Assembly (NCBI GenBank): GCA_030390025.1
Contig: JASTWF010000327.1
Coordinates: forward strand, 186,001-250,000
Length of the DNA stretch: 64,000 nt
Direction of reading: 5' to 3'
Source of the DNA: Squalus acanthias
Taxonomy: Eukaryota
Below, one piece after another: positions 51,466 through 64,000 of the stretch; position 1 is the stretch's first letter, and each line of letters starts with the position of its first letter. A model generated the notes under the pieces. That model saw nothing but the letters and a program-made list of their open reading frames with translations. It did not search any database and was not told the DNA's origin. The translations under genes and the position numbers were made by a program.

Positions 51466-52226
51466 TGTAAGATTCTTATTAATTAGCAGGATCGAGAGTC
51501 TAGTCTCAGCATCTTTAATACCTTATTAAGAAATATAAGGTCAGCAGATTCTCTGTCCTCTCCCGTACCTTATATTGATCCATCAATCACAGTAAACATA
51601 CAAGTCCCGCGTGTCCACCGTAACTTACACGAGGTCAGCCCGCTGGATGGAACCTCAGGCGCCCCGAGCTTGATCTCCGGTGTCTCCAGTCCCGACTGCC
51701 CCGCTACATCAGGATCCCCTCACTTTTATACCCTGCAGTGATTCATCTCTGGCACCGGACTCTGGGTTTTGGCAGGAAGTGAGGAAAAGACAGCTGGAAT
51801 TTCTCTAATCTGATTTACAAGGACACTTTCCCTGGTTCCCAGCAGTGACTTTTCTTCAGTAATGTTCTCATTATCCCTAAACTACCCTGCCTGCTGTTAA
51901 TTGTGTTATTTCTTATAGTTTCCCAATTATAGGTATAAACATCACACATAATCTAGTCTATTCTATTACTTACTCTGGTTTAACCTTATATTGTGGTTAA
52001 TAACAGACACACCCTGTTCTTTCCCCTGATCTGATTACAGTTTCCAACCAGTCGATTCAGTGAATGGAATGTCTTATCAGTGTTGCCATGGTGACCTGTC
52101 TGCAGTGAAACGCCTGTTTGAGTTTCTAACTCAGACTAAACTTCTCTTTCCCAAAATACACATTATATCAGACATTTGATGTCAATGAATTTTAGCCATG
52201 TTATGTTAATATCTCTAAAGCCTACA
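51466..52226 (-). mobile_element. Probable solo LTR, copy 2
   Basis: Paralogue of 41886-42624 within the segmental duplication. Confidence 0.5.
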
Positions 52227-52969
52227 AGAAAGACAGACTTGTATTTATACAGCACCTTTCACCACCTCAGGACGTCGCAATGTGCTTCACAGCCAATGAA
52301 GTACTTTTGAAGTGTGGTCACTGACAGTGCTGGATTGTGGGAAACAAGCGGCTCAGATACACAAACCTTTCAAAGTGGGAGGACAAGTTGATAAAGTAGT
52401 TTAAAAAAGCACGAGGGATCCTCGGTTTTATAAATAGGGGTGGAGAGTACAAAAGGCCAGAGGTCATGTAAACCTGTACAAATCATTGGTTAGGCTGCAG
52501 TTAGAATATTGGGTCAAGTTTTGGGGCATCTTACACCAGGAAGGATGTCAAGGCCGTGGAGAGGGTGCAGAGAGATTCACTGATATGATACCAGGGAAGA
52601 GAGCCTTTAGTTATCAGGAGAGATTAGAGAAACTGGGGCTCTTTTCATTAGAACAAAAGGTAATTGGAGATCTGAGCGAGGTGTTCAGAATTTGATCAGG
52701 TAAATGAGGAAAATCTATTTCCACCAGTCGGTGAGTCAGGAACGAGAGGGCATCAAATTCAAATCATCACCAAAAGGCTCAGACCCAGGGATGAACTATC
52801 GAGCACACCGTACAAAAATGTTCAGGAACTCACTGTCCCTCCGGATCTGTGTCCGGGGGAGAAACTGATGGGTTTCTCTTATCTTTGGGTTAAATGTTCT
52901 CACAGAGCTGATGGATGTCAGTGCCAGGGAATGGGGTGTTCTGAGCACCGAGTGTCTGCCTGAAGTACT

Positions 52970-53452
52970 CTCCAGTCAGGTACAGCACGGGTTAGATACA
53001 GAGTAAAGCTCCCTCTACACTGTCCCATCAAACACTCCCAGGGCAGGTACAGCACGGGTTAGATACAGAGTAAAGCTCCCTCTACACTGTCCCATCAAAC
53101 ACTCCCAGGGCAGGTACAGCACGGGTTAGATACAGAGTAAAGCTCCCTCTACACTGTCCCATCAAACACTCACGGGGCAGGTACAGCACAGGTTAGATAC
53201 AGAGTAAAGCTCCCTCTACACTGTCCCATCAAACACTCCCAGGGCAGGTACAGCACGGGTTAGATACAGAGTAAAGCTCCCTCTACACTGTCCCATCAAA
53301 CACTCCCAGGGCAGGTACAGCACGGGTTAGATACAGAGTAAAACTCCCTCTACACTGTCCCATCACACAATCCCAGGGCAGGTACAGCACGGGTTAGATA
53401 CAGAGTAAAACTCCCTCTACACAGTCCCATCAAACACTCCCAGGGCAGGTAC
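52970..53452. repeat. 67-bp satellite, ~7 copies
   Basis: Same unit and strand as 11375-12557. Confidence 0.95.
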
Positions 53453-53582
53453 CTGGACATGTTACCGATACATTCCCTGGATACCAAGGCTAGGAGAGGC
53501 ACTTTGGCAGGTATGGGGAGCTGCAACTTGTCCATGAGAGTAACCAAAGGTAGGAGAATTGAAATAATCTAGAGTAATGATC

Positions 53583-53970
53583 GAGTGTTAGTCGTGGCTC
53601 AGTGGGAGCACTCTCGACTCTGAGTCAGTAGGTTATGGGATCAAGTCCACCTCCGGAGACTTGAGAACAAACTCTGGACCGACGCTCCAATGCAGTACTG
53701 AGGGAGTGCGGCACTGTCAGAGGTGCCATCTTTTGGATGAGTTGTTGAGCCGAGGCCCCATCAGCCCTCAACCAACATCACTAAAACAGATTGTCTGGCC
53801 ATTATCACATTGCTGTTTGTGGCAGCTTGCTGTGCGCAAATTGGCTGCTGCATTTCCTACAACAGTGAATGCTCCTCAAATGTACTTTGATGTTGTTGTA
53901 CTTCATTGGCTGTAAAGAATTTTGGGACGTCCTGAGGTCGTGTGAGGTGCTGCATAAATACAAGTCTTTA
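53583..53970 (+). mobile_element. Deu-domain SINE, internally deleted
   Basis: gtggctcagtgggagcactctcg..gttatgggatcaagtcc head; cttttggatgag..gccgaggcccc; 3' tail matches reverse complement of 19481-19650. Confidence 0.8.
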
Positions 53971-54223
53971 TTTAACAAAGGAGAAACGACCCAAAAAAGG
54001 AAGAGTCAGTAACAGGACAACAATTAGTCTCCTCTTATCATGGGAGAAATCAAGGAATCGACACACTGTGTGTTTGAAACAAAGCTGATTTATTTGTCAG
54101 ATATCCAGAAAATTAAACTCCAGCCCAGTTATCGAGGAAACAAAGCCCAATTGTCAGAATGAACATCGTTCAGTCCTGGATGTGATTATAAGCGGCAATA
54201 ACAGCAGAATCCAACCCCTGCAG

Positions 54224-54898
54224 TCAGTCGTGAACTCGCTGGTGTTTCAGCAGGTTGGATGACTGAGTGAATCCCTTCCCACACACAGAGCAGGTGAACG
54301 GCTTCTCCCCAGTGTGAATGCGTTGGTGTTTCATCAGATAATTTCTGCTTTTAAAGCTCTTCTCACAGTCAGAGCATTTAAATGGCCTCCTGTTGGTGTG
54401 AACAAGTTGGTGTGTAGTGAGGTGGGATGACTGAGTGTATCCCTTCCCACACAAGGAGCAGGTGAACGGCCTCTCCTCTGTGTGAACAGATTGGTGTCTC
54501 AGATGGTGAGATGATTTCGTGAATCCTTTCCCACACACAGAGCAGGTGAACGGTCTCTCTCCAGTGTGAACTCGCTTGTGTTCAGTGAGGTGGGAAGAAC
54601 AAGTGAATCCCTTCCCACACACGGAGCAGGTGAACGGCCTCTCCCCAGTGTGAACTCGCTGGTGTTCAGTGAGGTGAGATGACTGCCTGAACTTCTTTCC
54701 ACAGTGAGAGCAACTGAACGGCCTCTCCCCAGTGTGAACTCGCTGGTGTGTCAGCAGGTTGGATAAGTGAGCGAATCCCTTCCCACACTCGGAGCAGGTG
54801 AATGGCCTCTCCCCGGTGTGACTGCGTCGATGAATTTCCAGCTCAGACGGGCAACTGAATCCCTTCCTACAGTCCCCACATTTCCACGGTTTCTCCGT
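54224..54898 (-). CDS. ZNF-I: open C2H2 array, 8 fingers; start uncertain (ACG at 54898)
   Basis: ORF 54224..54934 uninterrupted; upstream TGA at 55094-55096 and 54935-54937; only ATG is in finger 7. Confidence 0.7.
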   Translation of the reverse strand, partial: TEKPWKCGDCRKGFSCPSELEIHRRSHTGERPFTCSECGKGFAHLSNLLTHQRVHTGERPFSCSHCGKKFRQSSHLTEHQRVHTGERPFTCSVCGKGFTCSSHLTEHKRVHTGERPFTCSVCGKGFTKSSHHLRHQSVHTEERPFTCSLCGKGYTQSSHLTTHQLVHTNRRPFKCSDCEKSFKSRNYLMKHQRIHTGEKPFTCSVCGKGFTQSSNLLKHQRVHD

Positions 54899-55547
54899 GG
54901 TGTGGGTGTCCGTGTGTCTCTCCAGTTTGGACAATCAGTTGAAACCTCGTCCACACATGGAATACGTGTACGGTTTCTCCCCTCTGTGAACGATGCGATG
55001 TTTATTCAGGCTGTGTAACTGGTTAAAGCTCTTTCCACAATCAGTGCACTGGAACACTCTCACTCGGGTCTGTGTGTCTCGGTGCTTTTCCAGTCACACT
55101 GATGTTTGAAATCTTTTCCCACAGACAGAATAGAGAAAGATTTCTCCTTCCACTTTCAAAGGCCGATGATATTCAGGTCCTGATGAATCGAGTGTCTCTG
55201 CCAGATCTTGACATAATATTTTGGTTTGAGTTTATTGTCTGTAAATCCTCCCCTTCTAACACCCTGTAAAGGAGTTTACAAAAGTTATCATTGTAAGTAC
55301 AGGATAGAAATTCAGAACAGACAATTGTAGTTTCTGTGGAACATTCTTTCCTCTCTTGTTTCCTCAAAGCTGTAAATCCCCGTCCCACACACTCTCCCTC
55401 CTCCCTGTGCTGAAATCCAAACCCATCGCACCATCTCCAACATTTCTTTCCTCCACTCCCAGTTTTCTCCCTCCCTCTACTCTGGTTGGGTTCAGTTCTA
55501 CACCCGCTGTGTGCAGAGTGAGAATAAAATCAATGAGTCAATGAGTG

Positions 55548-56310
55548 TGGATTTTTGTCGTTCCCACCTGAGTGTTTAGCATCACCTGGCTGGAGCTCAG
55601 AAAGGACAATCTGGGGGAGGATCGTACGGCGGGAACAGAACTACAGCCTGGACACAGTCCTTCAGGGCCACACTGAGAGGGGCAAACGGCACTTTGGTCT
55701 TTCTCGCCTCTCTTCGCTGACAGCAATGTCCCCGTGCAGGTTAATCTTGAGGCCTGTAAGGAATGTGTCCCAGGCGCTCTCTCCCATGGGTCAGAGCTCC
55801 TGGGCACGGAACAGAAGGCTCCTTTACAACTGTGTTTAGAGTCAGGAAGAACAACGATGAATGCTGGAAATGTGCTGTCAAATCAGAGATTGGTGTCAAA
55901 CTGTGATCTGTTCCTGACTGAAAGTGAAACGGCAGGGTTAAGTTTCGAGTCTAAAAATGACTGGTAATTATTCCACGAAGATTTAATATGTCTGTGTGTG
56001 ACAGTCCTGAGTCTACCATTTTAAGGCAGGTGTTAGCTCATTTAAAATAAACCCGTTTAAAATAAATTGGTTGAAGTCTGCATTAAAATAGCAGAGGGAG
56101 GAGTTCACAGGAGCCTGTTAACTGCTGGTACAATTATACAACAGACATTTGATCTCCAGATAAAGAAGGACCTGCAGCGTGTTTCCAGGAATTCCCTGTT
56201 TTATTGATGTGTGCGTGTTAGACACCAGGATAACTCAAAATACACGACCCGGAACATCCACGGGGTTACTCCAGGATCACTCCCACTGCGGAACTCCACC
56301 ACTGACCCTG
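55548..56310 (+). repeat. 3'-flank module 2, copy 3, fused to the 5' side of ZNF-I
   Basis: Homologous to 25000-25780. Confidence 0.9.
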
Positions 56311-57554
56311 CACCAATCATCACCCACTGGAGGTTTATATCAGGAGCTTCTGTGTGATGGTGAGGTGATCACTGGACAATAAAGTGCAGAGACTGGTGGG
56401 TGGCTGCTCATTATCCTCGGTGTGATTTAATCCCCTTTCCCACTGAATACTGCGGACAGACAGGCTCACCTTGGGAACGGAATGGTCATTGTGACATCAC
56501 TTTCTAAACAAGAGCCCACAAGACAATGGGTTCTCAATAAATGTTAAAGGGATTCAACGCTCTGAAGTTACACTGTGAATAAAGGAAATCAAATGCTGAA
56601 AAATAATTGGTGAAGATAATTTATCTCTGTGGAATGCACTCGCAAACATTAAGAATGATGAGTTTTGTTTACACACTCACACATACAACAAACACTTTGT
56701 GTGAGCTCTTTTCAGTTCTGTTTAACCCGATGGAATATTACTTTGGTGGCCTTTAGGACCCTGCGGCAGCCCATCCGGCGGGGCCCGCTGGGTCAGGATA
56801 TAAAGAGACCGCGCGCTGTTCCTCCTCCCACTGGCTGGGGGAATGGGCCAGATATTTAAAGGGACAGGGACTTCCCTTTCTCTGCCTATTTATAGTTAAA
56901 GGGACAGACCCGTTTATCTTTGGAGTGTCGGAGGACTTCACCAACAGAGCTCCCATGAACAGTTGCTCCCTTCTGTACTGTGCAGTGATTGTAAACCTGT
57001 CTGTTTCAGTGACTTGAGCCTTTCTAAAATGTCTCACTGTTTGTGAAGATCCATTTGACTTGGTTAATTTGGAAAGTCTTCAGAGTTTTGCAGTGTGACG
57101 AAGGTTTCATTTAAAGGTGGAGTGATATTTCTTTCTAAATATTCTGTTCTCACCCTCCCCCTTCCACTTTAAAACACTCTGAGCTACTGACTAGGAAGGT
57201 CACAAATTCATTCCTTGATCTGGGTTGTTAGTTGATCTCAACCAAGGCAGCAGTTCAGGGGCCATAATTGGCCTCAGTACCACTGGGCTAAGTGTAAAAA
57301 TCAGCCACTGCCCCTGCTCTTGATGGCGATCCAGTGACCTGAACTGGGAAGTGCATGACTGTCAATTGAGGACATGATTGGACTCGGCTGTGATGCCTAC
57401 CACAGTGGAAATGCTGCGGACACTCACTGAGTCGGCTGACGGTGAGGCACTCGAGATTAACTAATGTCTGTGGAATGGCACCCAGCCAGATTCAGCACCT
57501 TCTGGAGAGAAGGGGAGAAACAAAATCCCAGATGGTGTAATTAATGTTTTTAGA

Positions 57555-58072
57555 CAGTAGGAATGGATTCAGTTGCCCGTCTGAGGTGGAAACTCATGGA
57601 TACAGTCACACCGGGGAGAGGCCATTCACCAGCTGAGTGTGGAAAGAGATTTACTCACTCATCTCACCTATTAGCACACAGACATGTTCATAATGGGGAG
57701 AATCCGTTCACTGCTCTGCATGTGGAAAGGGATTCTATCGACCATCCTATTTACTGACACACCAGCACAGTCACACCGGAGAGAGACCGTTTAGATACTT
57801 CACGTGTGGGATGGGATTGACTCCGTTGTCCCACCTGTTGACACTCCAGAGTGTCCACATTGAAAACAGTTGCTTTGAATACTCTGACTGTGAGAAAAGC
57901 TTTCAAAGTTCAAAGCAGCTGATGCACGATCAGCGCATTGATACTGGAGAGAGGCTGTTTCAATATCCTGTGTGTGGGAAGAAATTCACCCCACCTGCTG
58001 AGACTCCAGTGAGTTCACAGGTGACTGCAGGGGTTTGGATTCTGTTATTAATCACATCCAGGACTGAACCAT
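57555..58072 (+). pseudogene. ZNF-K: old degenerate C2H2 array with remnant of the shared 3' UTR
   Basis: cacaccggggagaggccattcacc linkers, many frameshifts, ends gagttcacaggtgactgcagggg. Confidence 0.8.
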
Positions 58073-58179
58073 GGCAGAGTGCCCGTGCATTTGGGTTTCT
58101 GTGTGAATTATTGATGAATTTTCATCAATGGGATCACAGAAACTCATTCTCCATTCACTAATTGGGAATTTCAATGTTC

Positions 58180-58590
58180 CCCAGCATGCCCCGCGGGGGA
58201 GAATGTGCCCGATTTGCTCTGGAGGAGCCCAGTGCGCAGGCGCAGTGCCCGCATGTATTGGAGCATGCGCAGTGTCAGTGTGATCAGAGCCTGGCGAGGG
58301 CTGGGAGCGAGCCGAGTTGGGAGACGCGGTTTTTACGCCGATTACGAATCACCGGGGCGCAGAGAGGTAAAGCATCCGGCGGGTGAGCTTCGTAAACAGC
58401 TGGTGCAGGCCGCAAGCCCCGAATGAGAACCTGCAGGTTCCGCGTTTGCAGCTCCGGGTCTTTTTCCCGGTAACAGGAGGCTAAGAGCGGCCATCTTTGT
58501 AAAGGAAAGCATTGTCTTTGTTCGCCGCCATCTTGATTTGCACGGCCATCTTTGTAAAGGACCAAAACGTGGGCAGGGCCTCAGGGTCCA
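58180..58590 (+). promoter_or_regulatory. CpG-island promoter of ZNF-J
   Basis: tgcgcaggcgca and gcatgcgca NRF1-type sites; three GCCATCTT YY1-type motifs between 58488 and 58555. Confidence 0.72.
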
Positions 58591-58604
58591 CTTGAGTGTG
58601 GTAG

Positions 58605-60432
58605 TGACCCAGCCAGAGTCAGCACCTTCAGGGGAGGACAGGGAGGGGAACCAGTGAGTGTAGAACTGAACCCAGCCAGAGTCAGCACCTTCAGGGGAGG
58701 ACAGGGAGGGGAACCAGTGAGTGAACTGAACCCAGCCAGAGTCAACACCTTCAGGGGAGGAGAGGGAGGGGAACCAGTGAGTGTAGAACTGAACCCAGCC
58801 AGAGTCAGCACCTTCAGGGGAGGAGAGGGAGGGGAACCAGTGAATGAACTGAACCCAGCCAGAGTCAGCACCTTCAGGGGAGGAGAGGGAGGGGAACCAG
58901 TGAATGAACTGAACCCAGCCAGAGTCAGCACCTTCAGGGAAGGAGAGGGAGGGGAACCAGTGAGTGTAGAACTGAACCCAGCCAGAGTCAGCACCTTCAG
59001 GGGAGGACAGGGAGGGGAACCAGTGAGTGTAGAACTGAACCCAGCCAGAGTCAGCACCTTCAGGGGAGGACAGGGAGGGGAACCAGTGAGTGAACTGAAC
59101 CCAGCCAGAGTCAACACCTTCAGGGGAGGAGAGGGAGGGGAACCAGTGAGTGTAGAACTGAACCCAGCCAGAGTCAGCACCTTCAGGGGAGGAGAGGGAG
59201 GGGAACCAGTGAGTGTAGAACTGAACCCAGCCAGAGTCAGCACCTTCGGGGGAGGAGAGGGAGAGGAACCAGTGAGTGTGGAACTGAACCCAGCCAGAGT
59301 CAGCACCTTCAGGGGAGGAGAGGGAGGGGAACCAGTGAGTGTGGAACTGAACCCAGCCAGAGTCAGCACCTTCAGGGGAGGAGAGGGAGGGGAACCAGTG
59401 AGTGTAGAACTGAACCCAGCCAGAGTCAGCACCTTCAAGGGAGGAGAGGGAGGGGAACCAGTGAGTGAACTGAACCCAGCCAGAGTCAGCACCTTCAGGG
59501 GAGGAGAACCAGTGAGTGAACTGAACCCAGCCAGAGTCAGCACCTTCAGGGGAGGAGAGGGAGGGGAACCAGTGAGTGAACTGAACCCAGCCAGAGTCAA
59601 CACCTTCAGGGGAGGAGAGGGAGGGGAACCAGTGAGTGTAGAACTGAACCCAGCCAGAGTCAGCACCTTCAGGGGAGGAGAGGGAGGGGAACCAGTGAAT
59701 GAACTGAACCCAGCCAGAGTCAGCACCTTCAGGGGAGGAGAGGGAGGGGAACCGGTGAGTGTAGAACTGAACCCAGCCAGAGTCAGCACCTTCAGGGGAG
59801 GACAGGGAGGGGAACCAGTGAGTGTAGAACTGAACCCAGCCAGAGTCAGCACCTTCAGGGGAGGACAGGGAGGGGAACCAGTGAGTGAACTGAACCCAGC
59901 CAGAGTCAACACCTTCAGGGGAGGAGAGGGAGGGGAACCAGTGAGTGTAGAACTGAACCCAGCCAGAGTCAGCACCTTCAGGGGAGGAGAGGGAGGGGAA
60001 CCAGTGAGTGTAGAACTGAACCCAGCCAGAGTCAGCACCTTCGGGGGAGGAGAGGGAGAGGAACCAGTGAGTGTGGAACTGAACCCAGCCAGAGTCAGCA
60101 CCTTCAGGGGAGGAGAGGGAGGGGAACCAGTGAGTGTGGAACTGAACCCAGCCAGAGTCAGCACCTTCAGGGGAGGAGAGGGAGGGGAACCAGTGAGTGT
60201 AGAACTGAACCCAGCCAGAGTCAGCACCTTCAAGGGAGGAGAGGGAGGGGAACCAGTGAGTGAACTGAACCCAGCCAGAGTCAGCACCTTCAGGGGAGGA
60301 GAACCAGTGAGTGAACTGAACCCAGCCAGAGTCAGCACCTTCAGGGGAGGAGAGGGAGGGGAACCAGTGAGTTAACTAAACCCAGCCAGAGTCAGCACCT
60401 TCGGGGGAGGAGAACCAGTGAGTGTAGAACTG
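58605..60432 (+). repeat. 63/60/51-bp minisatellite, ~30 monomers, with a 795-bp higher-order repeat
   Basis: Unit gtgagtgtagaactgaacccagccagagtcagcaccttcaggggaggagagggaggggaacca; variant ttcggg recurs at 59245 and 60040. Confidence 0.97.
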
Positions 60433-60637
60433 ATCATACTGAAAACTGGGAGCGGAGGACAAACTATCTTGAGACGTCTTTGGATTTTAGCACAGGGAGG
60501 AGGGACAATATGTGGGACGGGGATTTACAGCTTTGGAGGAAGAAGAGGGGAAAGAATGTTCGATAGAAACTAAAATTGTCTGTTCTGAATTTCTGTCCTG
60601 TACTTACAGTGATGAATTTTGTAAACTCCTTTTACAG

Positions 60638-61355
<718 letters not shown>

Positions 61356-62654
61356 CTGCAGGGGTTGGATTCTGCTGTTATTGCTGCTGTTAATTACATC
61401 CCAGACTGAATCGTCTTCATTCTGACAGGTGGAGTTTCTTCCTGCTGATGTTAATAACCCCTATAACTGGGCTGGAATTTAATGTTTTGATATTTGAAAT
61501 AACACAGTGTGTCGATTTTTGATGTCTCCAAGTTAAGAGGAGCCTAATTGATGTCCTGTTACCGACTGCTCCATTTTTGGGCCTTTTCTCCTTTCTAACT
61601 CGAGATTATTTCAGTTCTCGTACCTTCGGTTACTCTCATGGACAAGTCCCAGCTCCCCATACCTTCCAGAGTTCCTCTCCTAGCCTTGGTATCCAGGGAA
61701 GGTCTCGGTAACACGCCCGGGATCACTAAACACAAAACCCAGTCTGTTAATCACTTTCAGCTACTGGACTTAGCGTGTGTCCCACAGCATCTCTCTCACC
61801 TTCAATGTGTGAATAGAGCATCACGCCTGCAAACCTGCTTTAAATTTAAATTTGAATCCACTCAGCAAGTGTATTTAAAAAAATACGTACAAGTAAACAG
61901 ATCACATCAAATAATTGGCAAAGGTTTAGAGTCAACAAGATGAACAAGTGAACACATCACGGCCCAATACCCCAGCTCTATATTCACAGGAGAAAGTCTG
62001 TTATCTAACTCCTCGAGTGGACAGAATAGAGAAAGATCCCAACTCTAAGAACATCTAGAATCTGTTGTAAATATCTTTCAAATCCTGACTGGTCCAATCT
62101 GTCGGTTTCCTTTCAATTGAAGTGAATGGAAGATGAAAGGGGTGTTGGCATATGGACCTCGGTTAATTCAGCTTCTGAAAGGTGTTCATGTTTAGTTCAT
62201 TCGATATCGGGGAAAATGTGGTTGGTATCATTAGAGAGAGAGAGATTTAATTGAGCAACAGCTGGTGTTTGCAACTAACTGGCCTTGGATAATTTCATCA
62301 TAGAATGTTTCGATCAGAAATATGATGTTGGGATAAGAAAAGTCTGGAGACTAGTGGTTTGTGCTGCCCCAGGAAGGCCACAGTGTTTTTACCTGCTTCT
62401 GACGTTGTTGATGTGTGTTGAAGAAAATGCAGACTTGTGTCTCTGGACTGTGCAGTAGCCAGAGACGACCATATTAGGCAATGCCAGCTCCAGTTTGATA
62501 AGAGGTTGATGGCAGAGCAAGAGATCCAGCAGTTTTAAGAATTTATCTCCCGTTATCTGCAGACATCGAATGTCGCAGCGTGCTGACAAAATTGGACTTA
62601 AGACTTGAACCTATTGGGTTCAATTATTGGGATCAATTGTTATAGAATTGAATT

Positions 62655-63275
62655 GTTATAGAATGGAAAAGTAGTGAAGTTCTGCTTAACTTGTATCGAA
62701 CCTTGGTTAGACCACACTTGGAGCACTGCGTACAATTCTGGTCGCCATATTATAAAAAGGATATAGAGGCACTGGAGAGGGTGCAGAGAAGATTTACAAG
62801 GATGATACCAGAAATGAGAGGGTATACCTGTCAGGAAAGGATGGACAGGCTGGGCCTCTTTTCTCTTGAAAAAAGGCTGAGGGGTGACCTAATAGAGGTC
62901 TTTAAAATGATGAAAGGTTTTGATAGAGTAGATACAGAGAGAGTGTTTCCCCTTGTGGGGAAGAGCATAACTAGAGGCCATCAATATAAGATAGTCACCA
63001 AGAAATCCAATAGGAAATTCAGGAGAAACTTCTTTACCCAGAGAGTGGTGAGAATGTGGAACTCGCTACCACAGGGAGTGGTTGAAGCGAATAGTATAGA
63101 TGCATTTAAGGGGAGGCTAGACAAGCATATGAGGGAGAAGGGAATAGAGGGTTATGCTGATAGAGTTAGATGGGGAAAGACGGGAGGAGGCTCGAGTGCA
63201 GCATAAACGCCGGCATGGACTGGTTGGGCCGAATGGCCTGTTTCTGTGCCGTATATCCTGTGTAATCCTGTGTAG
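62655..63275 (+). mobile_element. CR1 LINE 3' fragment (subfamily of 40173-41626)
   Basis: ORF 62691..63206; tail (atcctgtgta)n. Confidence 0.92.
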
Positions 63276-63624
63276 TCACAGCAAACAGACAGTTTAACAG
63301 ACTGCCCATGGTCCACTCGAACCCCCACCTTCTCTCTCTCACTATTCATGGACACTGCTGCAGTAATTGCTCCTCTAACCTTTCCTCTCTTGTCCCTCCT
63401 ACACCCCCAAGACACGGCCCGACACAATCTCCCTCCCCCTACATCCTCACTGTGCTGGAATCCACACCAGTCTCCCCATCTGCTCCTTGTTCTCTCCCTG
63501 GATCCGAAAACTACTGAACTCAGTCTTCCCTCCTGAAGTCGACAGGCTCTAAAACTGAAGCTTGGTGTCCCTCAGTCCCTACTCCACCCCTTCTCCCCTC
63601 CTCTTTTCCCCCTTGGTTGTGTCG

Positions 63625-63915
63625 ACACTCTGGGCCTTGCCCGGGGATTCTCAGTATGAACAGGTGGGGTGTGTTTTGAGACAGGGTGTCCCCGCTCTCC
63701 TCCTCTTTTCCCCGGGGTGTGTCCACACTCTGGGCCTTGGGCCTTGCCCGGGGATTCTCAGTATGAACAGGTGGGGTGTGTTTTGAGACAGGGTGTCCCC
63801 GCTCTCCTCCTCTTTCCCTCGGGGTGTGTCCACACTCTGGGCCTTGGGCCTTGCCCGGGGATTCTCAGTATGAACAGGTGGGGTGTGTGTTGAGACAGGG
63901 TGTCTCCGCTCTCCA
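63625..63915. repeat. 107-bp tandem repeat, ~2.7 copies
   Basis: tcagtatgaacagg recurs at 63651, 63758, 63865. Confidence 0.92.
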
Positions 63916-64000
63916 TCTTTAAAGGGACAAGGAGATGACCAGCTGGGCTGAATGGCCCTGCTTTATGACATCACTGCAGTGCCCGGCAACCAACCTCCCT

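Noticed and set aside
58581..60375. 573-aa and 585-aa repeat ORFs as real proteins
   Set aside because: Both strands open because the unit lacks stops; no ATG start; the sister array at 38.2-39.0 kb is frameshifted
63290..63570. Possible ancient LINE 3' relic (HGHCCS..LSSLVPP)
   Set aside because: Too degenerate to assign without a profile search

Overview
Eukaryotic, vertebrate DNA, most likely a cartilaginous fish (inferred from the repeat set: CR1 LINEs, Deu-domain tRNA SINEs, RTE, Penelope, a 67-bp satellite). The window is a birth-and-death cluster of about 11 tandem C2H2 zinc-finger genes/pseudogenes (labelled A-K here) with no recognisable KRAB or other effector domain. Each gene sits in a duplicated cassette: CpG-island promoter (NRF1, YY1, CCAAT, GC boxes), intron, one large finger exon, a shared ~140-nt 3' UTR and one of three 3'-flank modules. 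Most of the remainder is retroelement debris, a MITE, two probable solo LTRs and several minisatellites. The most unusual signal: all seven 'type-1' paralogues open with three finger-like units that keep frame but carry two in-frame TGA codons at identical positions (159 nt apart in 7/7), followed 39 nt later by ACC-ACG or ACC-ATG. The three copies with uninterrupted finger arrays all have ACG, not ATG. Other highlights: a promoter core inverted between 19-bp inverted repeats, a GTGAGT-bearing minisatellite inside the ZNF 5' region, and an RTE with a ~113-bp target duplication confirmed by an empty paralogous site. Repeat boundaries were read by eye and are approximate; family names are from recognition, not database searches.
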